Shown here: one piece after another, positions 48,667 through 57,808 of the stretch
Position numbering within the stretch: the stretch's first letter is position 1
Layout: every line of letters starts with the position of its first letter
Assembly: GCA_965248445.1 (NCBI GenBank)
Contig: CBDFJG010000004.1
Coordinates: 1,440,001-1,504,000, forward strand
Reading direction: 5' to 3'
From: Planctomycetota bacterium
GTDB taxonomy: Bacteria > Planctomycetota > JAJSAM01 > JAJVHW01
DNA: 64,000 nt
Notes under the pieces: generated by a model
Database searches by the model: none
Told to the model about the DNA's origin: nothing
Seen by the model: only the letters and a program-made list of their open reading frames with translations
Position numbers and translations under genes: made by a program

Positions 48667-49890
48667 CTACTCCGTCTCCGATTTCCCCTTCATCACCTCG
48701 CGCAACACCGCCGTTGCAAACGACCCGCGGGGCAACGTGAACGCGAGATCGAGCACGTGTTCGCCATCGCCGCTCTCACTCCCGACCGCGACATCCGTGA
48801 TCGGCACCCGCACCGCACGCCGCTCCCCGCGCATCTCACCTGCGAGCGGCACCTTGAAATCCGCGAGCGCGAGCCCCTCTTCCGCAAGCAACGCGCGTTC
48901 CCGTTCGCCCGGTCCGCCGCTCGCCAGTGACGATCGCGTCCCGAACAACGGCGCGCTTGGCGATATCTCCAACGCATCCGCCCGCGCCTGCTCCGGCGCG
49001 ACGTTCTCGACGGTGAACGCCGCTCCGCGGTCGTGCAGGTACGCCAGGTCGCCCTCTTCCAGCCGGCCGAGATCCTCCGCCCGGGCCGCGGCGAGTCGAT
49101 TGAACAACGCACTCTGGTACGCCGACACCAGCAGCCGCAGCACGCGACGCGGAACGGCCCGGAGGGCGACGTGAGGCGGCTGCCCATTCGCCAGGCGGGC
49201 GAGCAACTCGCGCTCCTCCCGCCGCCGGGACGGCAGCAACGACTCCGCCGCTGCGAAGTCCTCGGCGTCGAACGCGGCAAGGACGCTGTCGGTCTCCGCC
49301 GCCGCGTTCCGCAGCATCTCGCGGATCGCGCGCACGTGCTTCTTCTGCACCAGCGCCTTGCCGACGGCGTCGTTGCCGCCATGTGCCCCGAAGCGCTGCT
49401 CCCCGAACCAGTTCGGCGCGCCGCGCGCCACCAGCACGTCGAGCACCGCCCGCGCCCGCTTATCGGCATCGTCGGTGACCCCGCGTACGACGATCCGGAA
49501 GCGGTTCCCCCGCAGATGCCCGAGCCGCAGCTTGTTCCCGTACCGTGCGCACGAGAGCAACCGCAGGTCCGGCACCTCGGCCAGCGCCTCCCGCGCCGCC
49601 GCCTCGTCCACCCGTTCGACCGACAGTGTCTGCCGGGTGACCGCCCGTGCGTCCTTCAGCCCCGCGTAGCCGATGTCGCGCGGCATCTTCTGCAGCGCGC
49701 GCGCAACGCGCTTCACAGCGGCGTGCGTCGGGATGCCGCACTTCTCGATCAGGAGGTAGAGGTGATCCCCGACACCGCTCGGCTCATACGCGGGCACCTC
49801 CTCGACCACGAAGTCCTCGACGCGCGTGCGTACCCGCCCGCCGGTTCCCGGCAGGTCAGCGGTGACGTACGGCAGTGATGACGTCTTCAT
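48667..49890 (-). CDS. truD: tRNA pseudouridine(13) synthase
   Basis: EDFVVEE, YAGLKDARAVTRQ, GHLRGNRF, PNWFGEQRFG, SAYQSALFN, FTLPRGSFAT. Confidence 0.96.
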   Translation of the reverse strand: MKTSSLPYVTADLPGTGGRVRTRVEDFVVEEVPAYEPSGVGDHLYLLIEKCGIPTHAAVKRVARALQKMPRDIGYAGLKDARAVTRQTLSVERVDEAAAREALAEVPDLRLLSCARYGNKLRLGHLRGNRFRIVVRGVTDDADKRARAVLDVLVARGAPNWFGEQRFGAHGGNDAVGKALVQKKHVRAIREMLRNAAAETDSVLAAFDAEDFAAAESLLPSRRREERELLARLANGQPPHVALRAVPRRVLRLLVSAYQSALFNRLAAARAEDLGRLEEGDLAYLHDRGAAFTVENVAPEQARADALEISPSAPLFGTRSSLASGGPGERERALLAEEGLALADFKVPLAGEMRGERRAVRVPITDVAVGSESGDGEHVLDLAFTLPRGSFATAVLREVMKGKSETE

Positions 49891-49903
49891 TCGGATTCAC
49901 AAC

Positions 49904-52900
49904 TCATTCGGAGCCGGCGCCCGGTGCGGTCCAGACGCGCACCGTGCTGCCGGCGTCCTCGTCGGAGCCGCCGCCGGAGAGGATGTAATCGCCGTCCGGG
50001 CTGACCTCCACGCAGTGCACCGCGTGCACGTGGCCGTGCAGCACGAGTACCGACTCGCCCGTCGGTGCGTCCCAGAGTCGCACGGTCGCGTCGTGCGATG
50101 ACGTCACGATGCGTCGCCCGCCGGGAAGGAACGCCGCATCGGTCACGGGACCGGAGTGTCCCATCAGTACGAAGAGCGTTGCGACATCGTCCGCGTTCAG
50201 AACCCGCGCGCTGCCATCCTCCCCGACGCAGACGATGCGGTCGCCGGCGTCGTTGAAAGCGAGCTCGACGATCGCCCTGTCGTGCACCCGGCGCTCGACA
50301 CGCTCGGCAGGATCGTCCGGGCGGAACAGCACCACGACGCCGTCCGGTCCGCCGACCGCCATGCGGCGCGTGCGCTCGTGCCATGCGATCGAACGGCAGC
50401 GGAACGGCAGCGTCACGGTGACCGACGCGCGGTCGTTCGCGTCAGCGAGGATGTCGGTCGTCAGATCCGCGCCCACCCTCGAGCTGCGCGCGTACCAGCT
50501 TACGCGGCCGTCCGGCGTCGCGGTCCAGTTGTGGATGCCCAACCGCAAGGGTGCTGCCGCCAGCGGCGTGACGCGCGCCGAGAATGGGCTCTCCCAGCGC
50601 CATGCGTAGAGGGTCCCGCGCTCGTTGTTCACCACGAGGCGCCGGTCCCCGACGAAGCGCACGGTCCGCGGCGACCACTCCACCTCCCCCAACCGTGTGA
50701 TCAACTCAGTCGTGCGCGTGTCGAAGAGCCAGATCGCGCCGCGCACCGTTGCCGCCGCTGCCACGTCACCACTGGGGTGCACAGCCACGTCCACGATGGC
50801 ATCGCGGATCGAGGCGACCGTCGGGACCTCCACACTGCGGAGGTTCCAGCGTCGCGCCGTCCCGTCGCGCGCAAAAGAGAATACGGCGTCCGTCTCGGTC
50901 GCGAACGCGAGGTGCCGGATGCGGCCCTCGTGGCCACGCAACAGTCCTCTCTCGTCGCCTGTCTCGCTCCCCCACACGCGCAACGTGCCATCCCACGACG
51001 CGCTGACGTACACCTCCCCGGTCGGATCGAACACCACCTCCGCGACGTTGCTCGTGTGGGATGAACCGACCGCAATCAGCTTTCCGTTCGTGAGATCCCA
51101 CAGCCGCACAGTGTGGTCTCGGGAGGCGGAGGCCAAGCGCCGTCCGTCTGGGCTGACGTCGAGTCCATCGACGCTCGCAAGGTGCCCGGACAGCGTGAGG
51201 ATGTGCGTTCGCTCGTGAACATCCCACAGCGTGACGTCACCGTTGCGGCAACCCGTCGCGAGCCTCCCTCCGCCGTCATAGAACGCGAGAGAGATGACAC
51301 GATCCGGGTGTCCGCCGAGCGTGCCGAAGTGCGCGTTGCCGGCGGTCTTCCACAGAGCCACGGCCCCGTCGGCACACCCAGCCGCCAGCTGCGTGCCGTC
51401 CGGCGAGAACTCCAGTGACGTGATCGCCCCCCCGAGCGTCGCGATCTCCGCCAGATCTCCCAGTCGCGCGACCGAACCGAGCCAGACAGTGCCCTCCAGG
51501 CTGCCGAGTGCCAGTTTGCCGGTCACCTCGCACAGCGCGACGGCCCTCACGCGGCCGTCCGGCACCGATCGCGCGGTGACGTGCCCTGTGCCGTCGAGCA
51601 CCGAGACCTCGTAGCTGTTTCGCACACCGTCCACCTTCCGCCCTCCGGTCACGACGATGAGTTCTCCATCGGAGCGGACCGAAGCGCCGATCGCTTCCGC
51701 GTACGGCAGTGGGATCACTGCATCGGAGAGTTCCAGCCGTGCGGACAGGTGGTGCCACTCCCAGTCGCGTAGCTGCTGCGGCACGCGTGCGAGGCGCCGC
51801 CGCGCGTCGCCGACATCGTGCACGCGAAGTGCGGTGGCCGCCGCCGACATGCCGGCGACGTACGACTGGAACTCCGCTCGACGCCGAGCGCGCTGACTGT
51901 CGTAGGCGAACTCGAGACTGAGCGCGGTCGCGACGACGATGGTCACGGCCACGACCGCGATCGCGAGCGTCGCCGCACGCCTGCGACGCGCGAACTTCCG
52001 CATGTGGTAGAGCGTCCCGCCAGCGTGTGCCTGGACCGGTCGATCTGTCAGCCACCGTTGCAAGTCCTCCGAGAGGGCGGCGACCGAGGGATAGCGCTCC
52101 TCCCGGTCCGGCGCGAGTGCGCGTGACACGATCGACGCGAGGTCCGCAGGCACGTCGGGCGCCCGCTCCCGCAGCGGCACGGCCGGCCGAGTCGAGATGC
52201 GTCGTGCGGCTTCCGTGATCGACAGCGCTGTCACGTCGTGAGGCAACGCGCCCGAGAGGATCTCGTAGCAGAGCACGCCCAGTCCGTACACGTCGCTGCG
52301 CACGTCGGTGCCCGCTTCGCCAGGGGCCAGCTGCTCGGGGCTCATGTACGGAAGCGTGCCGACGACCTCATCGTCGCGCCCGGCGGTCTGCGCCGCCGAC
52401 GCAATCCCGAAGTCGACGGCCTTCGACCTGGCGCTCGAATCGACCAGCACGTTGGCCGGTTTGACGTCGCGGTGGATCACGCCGCGTTGATGCGCGTGGT
52501 GCAGCGCATCGCAAGCTGACAGAAGGAGCTCGATGCGTTCGCGCACGGAGAGGTCGCGCTCCGCGGCGAACGCGACGATGTCAGAGGCGTCCGGGACCAG
52601 CTCCATCGCGATCCACGGCGTCTCCCGGTCCTCGCCATCGAGCACGCCGGCGGCATAGACATGTGCGATCCCCGGATGCTGCAGCGACGCGAGCGTCGCT
52701 GCCTCCTCCCGGAAACGATGCAGGGCACCCGCGGATCCGATGGCCGGTCGCAGCACCTTCAGCGCGACGCGGCGGCGCGGGTGCTGCTGCTCGGCTTCGT
52801 AGACGGCGCCGCCGCCACCCTCACCCAGGCGTCGCGTGATCGTGAAATCGCCGACGGTGTCGCCGGGGGCGAGCTGCGCATCCGGAAGCTGCTCACGGAC

Positions 52901-53092
52901 AACGCGATCGAACGCCGGCGTCTCGAGAAAACCACCGATGCGGCCCCCGGCGGCCAGGAGCTCCGAGACCTCCGCGCGCAGCGCCGCGTCGTTGACGCTG
53001 CCTTCGTTCAGGACGGACTCGCGCGCCGACTCCGGCGCGTCGAGGACTCGCTCGAACAGCTCCTTCACACGCCGGTCGTGACGGAGGCTCAC
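49904..53092 (-). CDS. Ser/Thr protein kinase with TM segment and C-terminal WD40 propellers
   Basis: GEGGGGAVY, VALKVL, HRDVKPAN, DFG, GTLPYMSPE, many GH...WD repeats. GTG start overlaps the ECF stop (GTGA). Confidence 0.95.
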   Translation of the reverse strand: MSLRHDRRVKELFERVLDAPESARESVLNEGSVNDAALRAEVSELLAAGGRIGGFLETPAFDRVVREQLPDAQLAPGDTVGDFTITRRLGEGGGGAVYEAEQQHPRRRVALKVLRPAIGSAGALHRFREEAATLASLQHPGIAHVYAAGVLDGEDRETPWIAMELVPDASDIVAFAAERDLSVRERIELLLSACDALHHAHQRGVIHRDVKPANVLVDSSARSKAVDFGIASAAQTAGRDDEVVGTLPYMSPEQLAPGEAGTDVRSDVYGLGVLCYEILSGALPHDVTALSITEAARRISTRPAVPLRERAPDVPADLASIVSRALAPDREERYPSVAALSEDLQRWLTDRPVQAHAGGTLYHMRKFARRRRAATLAIAVVAVTIVVATALSLEFAYDSQRARRRAEFQSYVAGMSAAATALRVHDVGDARRRLARVPQQLRDWEWHHLSARLELSDAVIPLPYAEAIGASVRSDGELIVVTGGRKVDGVRNSYEVSVLDGTGHVTARSVPDGRVRAVALCEVTGKLALGSLEGTVWLGSVARLGDLAEIATLGGAITSLEFSPDGTQLAAGCADGAVALWKTAGNAHFGTLGGHPDRVISLAFYDGGGRLATGCRNGDVTLWDVHERTHILTLSGHLASVDGLDVSPDGRRLASASRDHTVRLWDLTNGKLIAVGSSHTSNVAEVVFDPTGEVYVSASWDGTLRVWGSETGDERGLLRGHEGRIRHLAFATETDAVFSFARDGTARRWNLRSVEVPTVASIRDAIVDVAVHPSGDVAAAATVRGAIWLFDTRTTELITRLGEVEWSPRTVRFVGDRRLVVNNERGTLYAWRWESPFSARVTPLAAAPLRLGIHNWTATPDGRVSWYARSSRVGADLTTDILADANDRASVTVTLPFRCRSIAWHERTRRMAVGGPDGVVVLFRPDDPAERVERRVHDRAIVELAFNDAGDRIVCVGEDGSARVLNADDVATLFVLMGHSGPVTDAAFLPGGRRIVTSSHDATVRLWDAPTGESVLVLHGHVHAVHCVEVSPDGDYILSGGGSDEDAGSTVRVWTAPGAGSE

Positions 53093-53646
53093 TGCCCGAG
53101 TTCTCGGAACAGCCAGGTACGCGCCCGTTCCCATGCTCTGTAGACCGTCGGCTCCGAGACTCCGAGCGCCTCGGCGGTCTCCGGCTCGGTCAGGCCACCG
53201 AAGAATCGCAGTTCGACGACCTCCGCCCAGCGCGGATCAAGCGCCTCCAGGCGCACGAGCGCCTCGTTGACGACGACCAGGTCGATGTCCGGCGCGGCGG
53301 CAACAGCGGAGTCGTGATAGAGCGTCACCCGCAGGCGGTCCCCTCCGCGTTTTTGCGCTGACTTGGCGCGAGCCATGTCGACGAGCACGGAGCGCATGGC
53401 GCGGGCCGCAGCCGCCAGGAAGTGGCGCCGGTCACCGAACGAGGGGTTCTCGTCCGCGAAGAGCCGCAGATACGCCTCATGCACGAGAGCGGTCGGTTGC
53501 AGCGTGTGCGCGGGGGTCTGACCACGCATCTGTGCACCCGCAACCCGCCGGAGCTCTTCGTGGAGCGTCCGGACGAGCTGGTCGCGCGCGTCCGTGGACC
53601 CGGCCTCCACCTCACGCAGCAGGCGTGTCACCTCACCGCTCGCCAT
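53089..53646 (-). CDS. ECF sigma factor, kinase-associated (TIGR02999-like)
   Basis: GEVTRLL, HTLQPTALVHEAYLRL, HFLAAAARAMRSVLVD, KRGG, VELRFFGGL. Confidence 0.95.
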   Translation of the reverse strand: MASGEVTRLLREVEAGSTDARDQLVRTLHEELRRVAGAQMRGQTPAHTLQPTALVHEAYLRLFADENPSFGDRRHFLAAAARAMRSVLVDMARAKSAQKRGGDRLRVTLYHDSAVAAAPDIDLVVVNEALVRLEALDPRWAEVVELRFFGGLTEPETAEALGVSEPTVYRAWERARTWLFRELGQ

Positions 53647-53821
53647 GTCCCCCGGTCCCTCCCGCAGCTCCGGACATCGGAGCCTAGCGGACCCTCCAAC
53701 CGCCTCGCCACGTCGGGCCACCAGTTTGCAATCCGGGAATTCGTGAGAGGGTCCGCCACGCGATTGCGTGCTCGTAGGTAGCGGCCGCCACGACGGCGGA
53801 ACGACCCGAAGGAGACCCGCC

Positions 53822-54733
53822 ATGCGTTACGTCCTGAGCCTGCTACTGATCGTGCTGTTCGCCCTCCCGTCCAACGCTGCGGATGTCACCACCGAGATCG
53901 ATCAGCTCGTCGCCGCCGTCGACGCCCGCCTGTCCGCCGGGGCCACGGGCAAGGAGGCGAGGAAGCTGCGCCGCGTGGTCACCGTTGCCGGCAAGACGTC
54001 CCCACCGGTGCTCGCGGATCAGGTCGCCAAGGTTCTGCTCGCCGTGCTGGCCGCGAAGTCGACCGACACGGCGGTCGAGGCCGAACTGGCCGATCTCCTG
54101 CAGTGCCTCTGCGACGACCTCAACGAGCGCCGGGACGAGTTGCCGAACATAATCGGCCAGGCCCCGAATCCCGGCGACCGGGTCAAGCTCAACAAGAAGG
54201 TCCCGGCGGTGATCGCCAAGATCGACAAGGCGAAGGCCCTCGTCGCGACCAACCCGAAGCGCGCGGTGAAGCTCCTACGCAGTGCCTTCCGGACGATCGT
54301 GCGCGTCGTGCAGAAGGTGAAGAAACTGGTGCAGAAGGGGCCCACCGGTTCCGGCGGATTGCCGCGAAATCTGTCGATCTTCCAGAACGGCACGAACGTC
54401 TATGCGTTCGTCAACGGAACGAAGAAGAGCTTCTTCGTGAAGGACATCATCCTCGACGGGAACATCCTCGTCGATGGCGCGCAGTTCGCTCCGCTGAACA
54501 AGGCGTCGTCGAAGGCGGCGGCTCCCCAGCTCTACACGGGTTTCAACACGCAGGTAATCAACGACCGGTCGTTCTTCTGCATGAGCGAACTGATGAACCC
54601 GTTGCTGCCCGCGAACACACCGCGTGACTTCAACGTCGTGGTCCGGATCGTCGGCAACATCACCATCAAGACGGACCACTTCGGGAAGATCAAGCTGCCG
54701 ATCGACTTCCGCATCTTCAAGACGGGCGACTGA
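53822..54733 (+). CDS. Secreted hypothetical protein, divergent from the ECF-STK pair
   Basis: SD AAGGAG, signal peptide MRYVLSLLLIVLFALPSNAA, helical N-half and beta C-half. Confidence 0.8.
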   Translation: MRYVLSLLLIVLFALPSNAADVTTEIDQLVAAVDARLSAGATGKEARKLRRVVTVAGKTSPPVLADQVAKVLLAVLAAKSTDTAVEAELADLLQCLCDDLNERRDELPNIIGQAPNPGDRVKLNKKVPAVIAKIDKAKALVATNPKRAVKLLRSAFRTIVRVVQKVKKLVQKGPTGSGGLPRNLSIFQNGTNVYAFVNGTKKSFFVKDIILDGNILVDGAQFAPLNKASSKAAAPQLYTGFNTQVINDRSFFCMSELMNPLLPANTPRDFNVVVRIVGNITIKTDHFGKIKLPIDFRIFKTGD

Positions 54734-54847
54734 AGACACCGCGAACGCGAATACCGAGACTGGTGATGCGAATAGAAATTCACCGTTCTCGGTACTCCGA
54801 GCGCTGAGATCGCCGTAGCAGCGGCCGCGCACGGGCACCCGCGTCGA

Positions 54848-56863
54848 TCACTTGCGCGACCGGCCCCACGCTAGCCGCCACTTCACGGCGGCCGCGGCGG
54901 CCTGGCCCGCGAACGGGCTGTCCGGGTACCGCCACGCCATCGCCTCGAACGTCTCGATCGCGAGGCGGCGGTGCCGCTCCCGTTCGTCGTGCCCGATCGC
55001 ACGGACGATCGCCGAGTCCGCCGCCTTCACGTGGCAGGTGCCGATCGTGAAGAGCGCTCCGTCGGCCAGGGCATACGAGGGATCGCGGCGCAGAACTTCC
55101 TCGAAGTGGCCGATCGCCCGCTTCCAGCTGACGATGTAACGGCGGTAGTCCTGCGCGGCGGCGTCGAGATGGTCGTCGTCGTCGAGCGCGCGGGACAGCG
55201 GGAGGTGGCCGCGCGAGCGCATGGGGAGCGAGCACGCGGGATAGGCCACGCCCGCGTCGAAGTAGTGGACCGCGGCCTGTTTGTAGATCAGGTCGAGTGC
55301 GTCGTCGGGCGGTGCGTTCGCCTCGCGGCGCTCTAGCTCCGCCAGCGTCTCCCAGGCCCGGAACTGGTTTCGCAGCCGCGCGGACGCAATCTCGACCGCA
55401 TCCGTGATCGTCTCGGTGCGGAGCGCTTGCGGCGGGGAGGGGCTCATCCAGCGCGTCGTGCGCTGGATGTCCTCCGATGGAGATCGCGGCGCGACGCGCC
55501 GGAGCGAGTCGCCCGCGGGGAGACGCGTCTCCCCGCTGTCCACACCGCGCGTGACCGGCGCACTCCACCGGGCGCGGTAGGCAACCGAGAGGTGCAGAGC
55601 GGGCTCCGCCGTCGCGATGGACTCGAGGTCGCCCAGCGCTGCGTCGTACCCGCGCGTGCGTGCGCGACGAAGAGTGCGGAGGTACAGCAGTAGCTCGCGG
55701 TTGCGATCGGGGAACTCCGGATCGATGACGTGCTGCGCGACGGGATCGCCGGGAGGTGCGAGCGCAACGAGCGAGATCATCAGCGCGACCGCGGCGTACT
55801 GCATGTCGTCGTCGGGCTCGACCGCCGCTCGTGACGCCCAGCGCAGCGCCTCGACCGAACGCCCCGATGCGTGGTGGAGGAGCGCGACCCGGTACGCCAT
55901 GTTGTCCGAGCCGCAGTGCCCGGGATAGCGTCGCAGCCAGGCCGTGAGCAGGCGCCGCGTCGTGTCGTCGTCCGCGGTGGCGTCGTGCGCCCACGGGAAC
56001 GGCGCCCCCTGGTTGTTGTAACTCCGCGCGTGACGGTGGAAGTATGGGCGGTCGCCGAGCACTTCGATGCAGCGGTAGCTCCGCAGGACGTCACGCTCGC
56101 CGCGTTTCTCGATCGGGGTCGTGGCCGACACCCAGAAGATCCGGCGACGGACTCTCGCCTCGGACGGCGCGGCTGCGAGCCGCTCGAATTGCGCGACGGC
56201 GCCCCGGTCGCCGGCGAATGCCAGCGCGCAGATCGCGTCCTCGGCGTCGCCTGGGTCCTGGCCGTTCGCCAGCGCCCGCAGCATCGGAAAGCCCACGTCC
56301 GGAGGCAGGGCGATTGCCATGTGGAAGATCAGGGCCTGGCGAGCCACGACGCTCTGTGCACCGGCGAGCGCCTCGTTCAGGACGTCCGCCATGGGCTCCG
56401 GCTCCCAGTGGAACCGAGTGCTCGCCTCGGCCAGCGGGCGCTCCGGGTCGTCCGCGGCCGTCCTGACAGGGAGTCCGCCGATGCGGTGCATCGTGCGAAG
56501 GAAGTGCGGATATCGGGTCGCAGAGCTGAGCGCCGGAGTGAGCAGCGGGATCTCGTGCTGCGCAGCGAAGTAGCGCGGATTGCGCGACCCGAACGGCCAT
56601 CGACGCTCTTGCTCAGGGGGGGCGATCTGAGCTCGGTCGCGCGCGCGTCGCGTCCCGCGGAGCGACTCACTCTCGTCGCTGTCGCCGAATGAGGCGTCGC
56701 CGCGCTGATCCGGCGCCAGCTCGCGGGCGACGGTCCATGTGTCTGCTGCGTCCGACACCGTCTCCGGTGTGTCGCGCAAGACGACGACGGCGCCCGCCAT
56801 CGCGGCGATGAGCGCGGCCCCCGCCACGATTACGAACAGATTTCTCCCCACTGCGCGCTTCAT
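54848..56863 (-). CDS. Membrane-anchored TPR/HEAT-like hypothetical protein
   Basis: N-terminal TM; TPR-like motifs WLRRYPGHCGSDNMAY and FEAMAWRYPDSPFA. Confidence 0.7.
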   Translation of the reverse strand: MKRAVGRNLFVIVAGAALIAAMAGAVVVLRDTPETVSDAADTWTVARELAPDQRGDASFGDSDESESLRGTRRARDRAQIAPPEQERRWPFGSRNPRYFAAQHEIPLLTPALSSATRYPHFLRTMHRIGGLPVRTAADDPERPLAEASTRFHWEPEPMADVLNEALAGAQSVVARQALIFHMAIALPPDVGFPMLRALANGQDPGDAEDAICALAFAGDRGAVAQFERLAAAPSEARVRRRIFWVSATTPIEKRGERDVLRSYRCIEVLGDRPYFHRHARSYNNQGAPFPWAHDATADDDTTRRLLTAWLRRYPGHCGSDNMAYRVALLHHASGRSVEALRWASRAAVEPDDDMQYAAVALMISLVALAPPGDPVAQHVIDPEFPDRNRELLLYLRTLRRARTRGYDAALGDLESIATAEPALHLSVAYRARWSAPVTRGVDSGETRLPAGDSLRRVAPRSPSEDIQRTTRWMSPSPPQALRTETITDAVEIASARLRNQFRAWETLAELERREANAPPDDALDLIYKQAAVHYFDAGVAYPACSLPMRSRGHLPLSRALDDDDHLDAAAQDYRRYIVSWKRAIGHFEEVLRRDPSYALADGALFTIGTCHVKAADSAIVRAIGHDERERHRRLAIETFEAMAWRYPDSPFAGQAAAAAVKWRLAWGRSRK

Positions 56864-56957
56864 ATCGGTCTCCACGCCACGCAGTCCTGTAGGGGACGTG
56901 TCATTGTCCGGGACACGTCGAGGAGCAATCGGGCACATGCAACGCGCGTCGCCGCGT

Positions 56958-57368
56958 TCACCCGCAGAACGGATTGACGACCTTCACGCCGCCGAACGTC
57001 TGACCGTCTTGCATGTCCTCGGTGAGTACGCGCCGGCAGCCCGCGATCGTCGCGGCGCGCACGATCAACGCGTCCCAGAACGAGACGGAGTGCAGACGCG
57101 TGATGTCGATCGCATCGAGGATCATCGGCACTTCGACGCGGACGGTCTCGAGTGTCGCGAACAGCTCTACCTGACGACGAGCAGCGACGACGTCGATGCC
57201 GAGCTTGCGCGTTGCGATGACGAAGTACTCCTGCAGCACCTGCGTCGACACGACGGCACTCCGCGTGCGCATGGCATCGCGCACGATCTCCCGCGCGCGC
57301 TCACACTTGTCACCGGCGTCGGCGTCGGCCGCGTAGACGAGGACGTTCGTGTCGAGGAAGTCGCGCAT
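56958..57368 (-). CDS. vapC: PIN-domain toxin
   Basis: FLDTNVLVYA, STQVLQE, SFWDALI, LTEDMQDG, NPF. Confidence 0.93.
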   Translation of the reverse strand: MRDFLDTNVLVYAADADAGDKCERAREIVRDAMRTRSAVVSTQVLQEYFVIATRKLGIDVVAARRQVELFATLETVRVEVPMILDAIDITRLHSVSFWDALIVRAATIAGCRRVLTEDMQDGQTFGGVKVVNPFCG

Positions 57369-57370
57369 GC

Positions 57371-57601
57371 TCAGGTGCGGTCCTCGTATGCCGCATCGCG
57401 GCCGATGCGGCGTCCTCCCGAGCGGCCCACGTGCTCGGTGAGCAGGTCCATGAGCTCGTCGGCCACCTCGCGGGTCGGCCGCTCGCCGGCCAGCGCGCGG
57501 AGGCACCCACGGAGGTACTCCTGGAGGCTCAGCCCGCGCTCCTGGGCGGCCACCCGGGAGCGACGGAGGAGTTCATCGTCGACGGCGATCGTCACGTTCA
57601 T
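57371..57601 (-). CDS. vapB: Ribbon-helix-helix antitoxin
   Basis: MNVTIAVDDELLRRSRVAAQERGLSLQEYLR, immediately upstream of the PIN gene. Confidence 0.85.
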   Translation of the reverse strand: MNVTIAVDDELLRRSRVAAQERGLSLQEYLRGCLRALAGERPTREVADELMDLLTEHVGRSGGRRIGRDAAYEDRT

Positions 57602-57609
57602 TCACACAG

Positions 57610-57633
57610 GATACGTGTACACGTGATACGTGT
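57610..57633. promoter_or_regulatory. Probable vapBC autoregulatory operator
   Basis: Perfect palindrome ACGTGTACACGT (57613-57624) and two direct copies of GATACGTGT just upstream of the antitoxin start. Confidence 0.6.
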
Positions 57634-57808
57634 CCATTCGGAACGGGCGTTTCTCGGGGAACGCTGAGGAGGACGGGCCGGCTCGGGCAGCGGGTCACAC
57701 GGCCGGTCCGTGATGCGGGCTGCGTCGCGGGCTGCGTCGCGGGTTGTGCCGCGGGAGGCTGAGCGCCGGAGAACTAGACCCCGCCCCGGGCCCGTCGATC
57801 ATGGCGGC

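Noticed and set aside
54752..54794. Imperfect hairpin with AT-rich loop, considered as an integron attC site
   Set aside because: Lacks RYYYAAC/GTTRRRY ends and there is no integrase; more likely a terminator-like structure between convergent genes.
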